Source of the DNA: Octopus sinensis
Taxonomy: Eukaryota
Direction: 5' to 3'
Length of the DNA: 17,814 bases
NCBI RefSeq assembly: GCF_006345805.1
Contig: NW_021824739.1
Coordinates: 1 to 17,814 of the forward strand
Shown here in pieces: positions 9,405 through 17,814 of the stretch (the stretch's first letter is position 1; each line of letters opens with the position of its first letter). The translations under genes and the position numbers were made by a program. Below the pieces are notes generated by a model that was not told the origin of the DNA, did not search any database, and saw only the letters and a program-made list of their open reading frames with translations.

Positions 9405-9629
9405 GAAATTATCAACTTCAAAATTATCAACTTCAAAATTATCAACTTCAAAATTATCAACTTCAAAATTATCAACTCCAAAATTATCAACTCCAAAATT
9501 ATCAACTTCAAAATTATCAACTTCAAAATTATCAACTTCAAAATTATCAACTTCAAAATTATCAACTCCAAAATTATCAACTTCAAAATTATCAACTTCA
9601 AAATTATCAACTTCAAAATTATCAATTTA
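9405..9629. repeat. 15-bp minisatellite, 15 copies
   Basis: Unit AAAATTATCAACTTC, with a CTCC variant in copies 5, 6 and 11. Confidence 0.97.
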
Positions 9630-9752
9630 AAAATCAACATTATAAGTATTATCAGCTTCATCACTAACAATATCAACAGTAAAGCCAGCATTATTTGCAA
9701 CGAGCATTATCGATATCATAAGCACCAACATTATCGGCAACCAGTAGCCTGA

Positions 9753-10100
9753 AACATTATCAGCGTTAAAATAGCAATATCAACATTATCAGCGTTAAAA
9801 TAGCAATATCAACATTATCAGCGTTAAAATAGCAATATCAACATTATCAGCGTTAAAATAGCAATATCAACTTTATCAGCGTTAAAATAGCAATATCAAC
9901 ATTATCAGCGTTAAAATAGCAATATCAACATTATCAGCGTTAAAATAGCAATATCAACATTATCAGCGTTAAAATAGCAATATCAACATTATCAGCGTTA
10001 AAATAGCAATATCAACTTTATCAGCGTTAAAATAGCAATATCAACATTATCAGCGTTAAAATAGCAATATCAACATTATCAGCGTTAAAATAGCAATATC
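9753..10100. repeat. 29-bp minisatellite, 12 copies
   Basis: Unit AACATTATCAGCGTTAAAATAGCAATATC, with an AACTTTATC variant in copies 5 and 10. Confidence 0.97.
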
Positions 10101-10329
10101 AAACATTATCAGTTTCAGAACCACTGGTATTATCAACAACCGTCAACATTATCAGCATCAAAATCAACCCCAACATTATCAACATCAAAAAAGACAAATA
10201 TTATCAAGGATTAACAATACCAACATTATCAACATGAAAATCAACAATACTAAACATTATCCACAATATTATCACCTACGTTATCGTCAACATTATCATC
10301 AGCTACAGTAATAACATCAACAATATTAA

Positions 10330-10672
10330 CATACATCATCATTATCATCATTATCATCTTCATCATCATTATCATCATTATCATCATCAACAATCACACT
10401 ATCGTTCTCAAAAATAACACCGATATCATCATCATCAGCATCATTATCATCTACACCAGCAGCAACATTAACAGCAACAACAACTGTACCAACGTTACCG
10501 ACAAGAACATTATCATCATCATCATCATCATCATCATCAGTAACAGCAGCAGCAGCAGCAGTAGTTTGTAAGTGAAAGCATCAAAAGTTGTAGGAGTTGT
10601 TACAAAGGTAGTGGTGGTTGGGTTGTGACTGTTATTGTTGTTGAAGGCGGCTGCGGTGGTAGTTCTGGTTGC

Positions 10673-10704
<32 letters not shown>

Positions 10705-11111
10705 CTGCAGTAGCACGAGTAGTATTTTAGGTGGTGGTGGTGATTGTGTGGCGGTGGTGATTGTGATAGTTATAGTGGTAGTAACCAGCACGGTGGTGAT
10801 GGTGCTGTTCGTGTAAGTAGCGGCAACAACAGCAACAACAACAACAACAACTATAACAAGAACAGCAACAAAAACAACAATAGCAGCAGCAGCAGTAGTA
10901 GTAGTAGTAGTAGCAGCAGCAGCAGAGGCTGAGCAGTTGCTGGCGGCGACGTGAACCTCGTTGGCAGCGGCAACAGCGACGGATTTCAACTTCGATACCA
11001 CCACCACCACCACCACTACTACTACTACCACTACTACTACTACTACCACTACTACTACTACTACTACTACTATCACTAGCATATAATTCTCCGACGTCAT
11101 TACTACTACCA

Positions 11112-11142
<31 letters not shown>

Positions 11143-11300
11143 AATTATTTCTACTATTTTTTTTTCTTCTACTTCTGCTGCTGATCTTATTTACCACGAC
11201 TACTACAACTTACTGCCACTGCTGTTTCTAATACTACTACCACCACTACCACCACCACCACCACTGCCACCACGACTACTAATACTACTACTGCTGCTGC
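10330..11300. repeat. Mosaic of trinucleotide tracts (ATC, AGC, TAG, AAC, ACT, ACC)
   Basis: Directly visible. No frame is convincingly coding. Confidence 0.85.
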
Positions 11301-11427
11301 TGGTATCAACGGCAGCATCAGCAGCAGCAGGCGCAGCAGCAGCAGTAGTAAGACAAACACCACTCGCGCGAGCGGTGCCGTCGCTGAAAGCCTGCTTTTA
11401 TAGACGGGTGTCCGTCCACAACAAACT

Positions 11428-11435
11428 ATATACAT

Positions 11436-11480
<45 letters not shown>

Positions 11481-11580
11481 TATATATATATATATATATA
11501 TAAGTATCTATATATATATATATAAGTATATATATATATATATATATATAAATATATATATATACATATATATATATATA
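11428..11580. repeat. (CA)n/(TA)n microsatellite
   Basis: Directly visible. Confidence 0.95.
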
Positions 11581-12542
11581 TCAGCGACACGTTGTAGTAG
11601 GAGTAGCAGTAGTTGTTGTTTGTTGTAGTAGTAGTAGTAGTAGCAGCGGTTGTTATTGTTATTGTTTTTGTTTTTGTTTCTGTTGTTGTTGTTGTTGTTG
11701 TTGTTGTTATTGGTGTAGTGATAATTGAGGTGAAAAGCGAAAGACAACAACAACAACAGCAGCAGCAACAGGAAGGAGACGAGGAAGAAGAAAACAAAAA
11801 AAATCTATTACAAAAAAAAAAAAGAAAAAAAGATGAACCGGAGAATACGGAGGAGGCCGGACTAAATGGATCGAAGAGGAATATAATAATAACACTATAA
11901 CCACCACTAGCACCACCACCACCACTACTACTACTACTGCTGCGACTTCTACTACTACTACTACTACTACTAACAAAAAACAACAGCAAAACTATTGACA
12001 AAAAGTAGAACAACAACAGCAACAACAATAATAATAATAATAATAATAATAATTGTATCAGATTTGTTATCATCATCATCATCATCAACGTCAGCATCAT
12101 CGGCGTAACCTTTAGCTAAGCACTATTACCGCCGCCGCTGCTGCCCTCCTCGTGGTCATTATCGATACCACCACTAGCTATACCAATACCAATACCATCA
12201 CCACCACCACCACCACCACCGCCGGCCCCAGCACTGCCACTACCGTTGCAACCACTATCGCCATCATCATCATCATCTTCATCATCTCATCATTTTCATC
12301 GTTGTCGTCGTCGTCATATTCATCACCTTCATCGACATTATTATTATCATCATCATCATCACCACCAACAACAACAACAACAACAGAAACAAGAGCGTCC
12401 TTACTAACATTGCTACAGCAGCAACAACTACAACAGCAGCAACAACAAACAAAAATTGCTATCAATATCGACTTTGGAGACTTACGTTACGGATGTTCCG
12501 ATAAAAACAACAACAACAACAACAACAATTACAGTCTCTTAA

Positions 12543-13853
12543 GGAGGATCTCACGACAACCACCACCACCACCACCACGACCGCCACCGACCACCAGCAA
12601 CAACAACAACAACTATAATACCTGTAAGAACCACGACGACGACGACGACAACTCTCGGAGTTTTGAATCCTAAATCCTGGCCTCCGACCCTCAAAACACA
12701 GTTTCCGTGTCACCTTGACGACGGTGTGTCGCCGTCATCGTCACCCGTAAAGGTTTCAGTATCCGCTAACCCTTTGACGAAATTGTCACCGTCGCGGGTG
12801 ACAATTTTGTCCCCAGCAACGACAGCTTCATACGTAACCGGGGTTGACAGTCTTGTTTCTAGACATCACCCCACGATAGTATCGAACAACTCACCGTTGG
12901 CGGCAGCGGCGGCGGCGCATTTCTCATTCAGTCCGCCAGTGTCGTCGGCCGAACCGCCAACCCGTTGCGGGTCGTCACCACGAAACGCCGCTTCGCCTTC
13001 ACCCGCACGCTACCCGTTACATACTGCACATCAGAGTCCTTCGTTTTCACCTTCACCCGCGCGGTACCCGCTCGATACAACGCACCACAGCCCCTCTTCG
13101 CTCTCACCCGCACGCTACTCCCTAGACGCAGCAACACACCACAGTCCTTCGCTGTCGCCTGCGCGGTACCCGTTAGACACAGCAACGCATCATAGCCCTT
13201 CTTCGCTCTCACCCGCACGCTACTCCTTAGACACAGCAACACACCACAGCCCTTCGCTCTCACCCGCACGGTACCCATCAGCAGACACAGTACACCACAA
13301 CCCTTCGCCCCTAACCGGCTCTTCGTCTCCTTCGTCTTCTGCGCCATCAAACACTTCGGCGGTGACGGCGGCCGCCGCCCTTGGATTGCATTATACATCG
13401 AGGATTTCAGAGGAACCGGCTGGGTTTAATGCACGGTTTGCCGTCGAGGGCAACAGCGGAATTTCTACCTGTCAACCCAGTGTTACGTATACTGCTACGA
13501 ACACCAACACCGCAACCACTGTTACCACCACCACCACTGCTTATAACAACAACAACAACAACAACAGCAACAACACAAACAACAATTATAATAACAAAAA
13601 CCACAGCAACAATAGGTTGAACAACACAAACTTCGGTACAATAAACAACAGTAATAATAATAATAATAATAATAATAATATTAATAATAACAATAATAAT
13701 AATAATAATAATAATAATGTTGGTCGCTTCGGTGATTCCGTTTGCTTAAACAATAAAATACCAGCTTCGCCAACACCACCGACAACAACAACAACACCAA
13801 CACCAACACCAACAACAACAGCACTATACCAGCACCATTACCAACAACAACAG

Positions 13854-13900
<47 letters not shown>

Positions 13901-14428
13901 CAGCAACAGCAACAGCAACAGCAGCACCACCACAATTCCGCTGTTAGCGCTCATTCACTCAATTCTCACCACCAGCAGCACGAACACCACCAACAACATT
14001 ATCAACATCATTATCGCCATCATCACCACCACCACCACCACCATCATCAGCATCAGCATCAACAACAACAACAACTACAACTACAACAACAACACCATCA
14101 GCATCCTCATCAACAACAACAACAACAACAACAACAATATCAAGAACAACAACAACAACAGCGGCTAACACAGCAGGATTCTTCCGCTGGGCAAAGCGAA
14201 CAGAGACACAACAATAGCAACAACGTTAGTCTTATCATCGAGAAACCGAGAGCAAGATCGGATCTCGCGACCAGCAGCCTCACAACAACGGCCCCAACTG
14301 GCTTGGACAGTTACGCTGAGAAAGTGCAGATCGCATCTGCGCCTTTTGCTGATTTAAACACATCACGGATAGCTTTTAACCCAACAGATACGGACCCAAA
14401 TCCTACAATGTTACTGCTGCAGTCCCAG
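12543..14428 (+). CDS. Probable large coding exon of an unidentified intrinsically disordered S/P/N/Q/H-rich protein; 5' boundary uncertain; apparent 1-nt frame switch between 13755 and 13901
   Basis: The frame of ORF 12663-14168 is open from 12543. A second frame is open 13757-14428 and ends in non-repetitive sequence (..EKVQIASAPFADLNTSRIAFNPTDTDPNPTMLLLQSQ) at a CAG|GTAGGT donor. Internal peptide repeats vary mostly at synonymous positions. The region is GC/CpG-rich and drops abruptly to AT-rich sequence after 14430. There is no in-frame ATG until 14408. Confidence 0.62.
12999..13313 (+). repeat. Coding tandem repeat: 6 x 51/54 nt encoding SPARY(P/S)LD(T)xxHHSPS(S)L
   Basis: Units start at 12999, 13053, 13104, 13155, 13209 and 13260. 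Confidence 0.9.
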
Positions 14429-14434
14429 GTAGGT
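14426..14434 (+). promoter_or_regulatory. Splice donor CAG|GTAGGT (phase 0 for the downstream reading frame)
   Basis: One mismatch to MAG|GTRAGT. It coincides with the switch from coding-like to AT-rich, microsatellite-rich sequence. Confidence 0.65.
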
Positions 14435-14513
14435 AATTTTTTTAAAATTAAAACTCTGATTTATATTACGATGTTTTTCATCTATGTATGTGTTTAAATT
14501 TTTGCGTGTCCAT

Positions 14514-14591
14514 CACATTACATTAACATGGCATTAACATCACATTAACATCACATTAACATCACATTAACATCACATTAACATCACATTA
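14514..14591. repeat. 11-bp minisatellite (CACATTAACAT)n
   Basis: Directly visible. Confidence 0.9.
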
Positions 14592-14760
14592 GTATTACAT
14601 TATGTGTTATATGTTAAGAACAGGCCTGTTGGGTTTTCGAAAGAAGGTAATGAGCAAAAAAATAATTAAAAAAATAATTAGAAAATTGAAAATATGAAGA
14701 TATTCTCTTTTAGAATTGTACGTATTGTATAATTAATGCCATACACACATGTATATATAA

Positions 14761-14851
14761 GTGTATGTATGTATGTATGTATGTATGTATGTATGTATGT
14801 ATGTATGTATTTATGTATGTATGTATGTATGTATGTATGTATGTATGTTTG

Positions 14852-14882
<31 letters not shown>

Positions 14883-15330
14883 GTATGTATGTATGTATGA
14901 ATGTATGTTATGTATGTATGTATGTATGTATGTATGTATGTATGTATGTATGTATGTATGCATGTATGTAAGTATGTATGTATGTATGTATGTATGAATG
15001 TATGAATGTATGTATGTATGTATGTATGTATGTATGTATGTATGTATGTAGGTGTGTGTGAATGTAAGTATGTATGTATGTATGTATGAATGTATGAATG
15101 TATGTATGTATGTATGTATGTATGTATGTGTAAGTTAGTGTGTGTGTGTATGCATGCATGAGTGTGTATGTATGTGTGTATGCAGGTGTGTGTATGTATT
15201 TGTATGCATGTGATATATGTATGGGTATGTATGTCTGTATGTATGTGTGTAGGTAGGTAAGGCATGGACATACTATGTATATATCTATATGTATGTATTA
15301 TGTATATAGATAGACAGATAGATAATGTGT
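14761..15330. repeat. (ATGT)n tetranucleotide microsatellite, degenerating 3'-ward
   Basis: Directly visible. It is the source of the MYVC/HTYI ORFs. Confidence 0.97.
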
Positions 15331-15409
15331 ACATATATGTCTATGCCAAATAGAAATAGATATATATTCACCCCCATTCACATCTTTCCCGCTCTATATA
15401 TATGTATGT

Positions 15410-15527
15410 GTGTGTTTAAGTATGTATATGTATGGATATATATATATATATATATATATATGTGGTGTGTGGTGTGTTGTGTGTGTGTGTGTGTGTGTGT
15501 GTGTTATGTGTGTGTGTGTGTGTATGC

Positions 15528-15582
<55 letters not shown>

Positions 15583-15860
15583 ATAAGAAGAAGAGGAGAT
15601 GGAGAAATAGATAAAAGACATAGATATACACACACTCTCTTATTCTCTCTATATATCTGTGTGTTTAGAAATAGAGAGACAGACAGACAGACAGATAGAC
15701 AGACAGAAAAGGGGAAACAGTGAGAGAGGAATGGATAGATAGATAGATAGATAGATAGATAGTGATTTAGATACATATGTAAATATATAAATACATATAC
15801 ATATATATTTATGTGTGTGTGCGTATATAAGCGTATATTTATATATAAACACTCACACAC

Positions 15861-15906
<46 letters not shown>

Positions 15907-15966
15907 GTATATATACACATATATATGATATGATATCATATCATATCATATCATATCATATCATAT
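15410..15966. repeat. Compound microsatellite: (AT)n, (GT)n, (AGAC)n, (AGAT)n, (ATATC)n
   Basis: Directly visible. Confidence 0.95.
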
Positions 15967-17135
15967 GAGATGTTATATCTATTCTGTTCAAACTTACCTA
16001 CTGTGTCTATAATTAGCAAAGATTTTAATTAGTCCAGCTACTAGTACTTCATACACAAACGCATGTTTCATTTAAACTTATCTTTAGTATGTTATATGTA
16101 GTGGTGGCCACATCGTAGCGTCTCACGATACTTTCACCTTCAATGACAACTTTCTCTAGGTTGTTACGTTAACCATACATATTCTACAGAAAACTTTACC
16201 TGCACTAATCGAATTTCTCGAAGGCCCTATCTGAACTGAAATATACACATTCTCTTCATACGGGCTTACCTCAGATTTTATTTCCTCCCTACCCATAGAC
16301 TGATATGTTGCAGTCCCTGGGTGTCCTTTTGTGTTTTCACTCATTCATTTTAATCGTAATACTCTCGTTGATTTTAAATGAAGCTTTTACACTCAGGGTT
16401 TGAGTAACCCTGGATCTTAGGGTGAAATTTTACTTTGAAACCACTCGCGGACCAACTCACTAAAACCTGGTATGAAAAGAAAGAGGGCAGAAGAATCATT
16501 AACTAAGATTTAAGAACAGTTATTTCACAGAAGTTATATATCTCTGATGTAAATTAAAAAGATTTATCATTTTTCTCTGCCCAAAAGCACTCCCTAAAAT
16601 TCTTCACATGTCCTTGTAATTGATCTCTGGTTCTGAGAAAAGGTCCTCTAATCGCCCTTACTTTATGTTTGCTTGAAATAACAGCTAAATCTAACCACAG
16701 ATGGACACACAAAAATCCATTTAAGTAAGGAAATATTGTGTGTGCAGACGTATCTCCATAGATTTTTACCCACATGCAATAGGTCCCTAGTTTTACGAAA
16801 AAGGTTCACTTCACATTATTTGTCTATTTAGTCCCCGATCTATACTTGATATAACTACTAAACCTTTCTCAAATGACATACCAAAACCATTACAGAAATA
16901 AAAGGAAACAGAACACGTTAAATACAGTAGACGTAGATTTGCTCCCACAGGTCCTTATGCACTTGCAATATATTAGCCCTCATTCCTAATAAACCAAAAA
17001 GGTTTCCTATATTTGCTCTACCTTATTATACAATGTCTGAAAATAGCCACCAAATCTCCAAATAGATTACATAAAATATTGGAATATACCGCAAGCCGTT
17101 TATTATAATCAAAATTAGTGGCTCCTCTTGATTTA

Positions 17136-17281
17136 ACACGCCGGACTAAATGCTTAGCGTATTTCGTCTGTCCTTGCGTTCTGAGTTCAAATTCCACCGA
17201 GGTCGACTTTGCCTTTCCTTCTTTCGGGGTTGATAAATTAAGTACCAGTTTCGGACCTTGTGCCTAGAGTAGAAAAGAATA
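17136..17281 (+). mobile_element. SINE family B copy, 5'-truncated and internally deleted
   Basis: Matches 17320-17435 and then jumps to the tail GGACCTTGTGCCTAGAGTAGAAAAGAATATT. Confidence 0.85.
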
Positions 17282-17295
17282 TTGAAATACGGTAA

Positions 17296-17500
17296 GGCGG
17301 CGAGCTGGCAGAATCTTTAGCTTGCCGGACGAAATGCTTAGCAGTATTTCGTCTGCCTTTACGTTCTGAGTTCGAATTCCGCCGAGGTCGACTTTGTCTT
17401 TCATCCTTTCGGAATCGATAAAATAAGCACCAGTTGAACACTGGGGTCGATGTAATCGATGTAATCGAATTGCTGGTCTTGGGCCAAAATTTGAAATCAA
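17296..17500 (+). mobile_element. SINE family B, near full length
   Basis: A-box-like TGGCAGAATCT at 17306-17316 and B box GTTCGAATTCC at 17370-17380. Several homologous copies occur in this window. Confidence 0.88.
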
Positions 17501-17509
17501 TAACCATTA

Positions 17510-17690
17510 TCCGGTAAAGACAGGATAGTCACGGTTGAAATTCTATAGCAAAAGTGACTTCGTTGGGAGGTGGGGAGAGAGGATGGACGAACTAACACAC
17601 CTTGAATTTGTACGTATCTATGATGTTTCCTAGAAATAGCAATGAAATCTCCCTCAAATCACACCCTACCGTTATTAAAATATGAAGGAC
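17510..17690 (+). repeat. Unclassified interspersed repeat fragment (family C)
   Basis: Similar to 969-1017. Boundaries are approximate. Confidence 0.4.
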
Positions 17691-17711
17691 AAATCAGAAA
17701 ATACCACACAG

Positions 17712-17814
17712 CCAAGCTGCACGGTAAGAGGGTTTGCTCCTCAACCACATGGTTCCGGGTTCATTTCCACTGCGTGGCACCTTGTGCAAGTGTCTTCTAC
17801 AATAGCCTCGGGTC
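17712..17814 (+). mobile_element. SINE family A 5' part (runs off the window)
   Basis: CAACCACATGGTTCCGGGTTCATTTCCACTGCGTGGCACCTTGTGCAAGTGTCTTCTACAATAGCCTCGGG matches 1213-1283. Confidence 0.9.

Noticed and set aside
9110-9700. 196-aa hydrophobic minus-strand ORF (LIILK repeats) resembling a membrane protein
   Set aside because: It is the antisense reading of the 15-bp satellite and (AAC/AGC)n tracts.
10600-11447. Minus-strand ORFs 10600-11118, 10727-11197 and 11187-11447
   Set aside because: They are trinucleotide homopolymer translations with only short unique linkers and no evidence for one frame.
12928-13398. 156-aa antisense ORF opposite the SPARY repeats
   Set aside because: It is a shadow ORF. 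Substitutions among repeat units are synonymous in the + frame but change residues in this one.
14678-15920. Many HTYI/MYVC/IYIY ORFs
   Set aside because: They are translations of (ATGT)n and (AT)n microsatellites.
16140-16234. Candidate next exon after acceptor TTTCTCTAG| at 16159, which would read VVTLTIHILQKTLPALIEFLEGPI* in phase with the 14428 donor
   Set aside because: Such acceptors are common in AT-rich introns. The frame stops after 24 codons with no downstream donor or recognisable homology, so it needs junction reads.

Overview
Eukaryotic, AT-rich, microsatellite-saturated genomic DNA. The SINE families and repeat landscape match my recollection of octopod cephalopod (Octopus) genomes; this is inferred, not searched. 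Most listed ORFs are artefacts of simple repeats. The supportable content is as follows. (1) A cluster of R4/Dong-type (RLE-endonuclease) non-LTR retrotransposon fragments, each embedded in (AAT)n tracts, at about 3773-6220. One of them joins an N-terminal ORF piece directly to the ORF C-terminus and 3' UTR. (2) Several copies of two tRNA-derived SINE families. (3) Minisatellites with 90-bp, ~36-bp, 15-bp, 29-bp and 11-bp units. (4) A probable large, low-complexity + strand coding exon (~12543-14428). It carries six synonymously diverged SPARY(P/S)LD..HHSPS repeats and polyN/Q/H tracts, shows an apparent frame switch at 13755-13901, and ends at a CAG|GTAGGT donor. The gene could not be named and its 5' end is unresolved. 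No prokaryotic systems, CRISPR arrays or structural RNA genes were seen.
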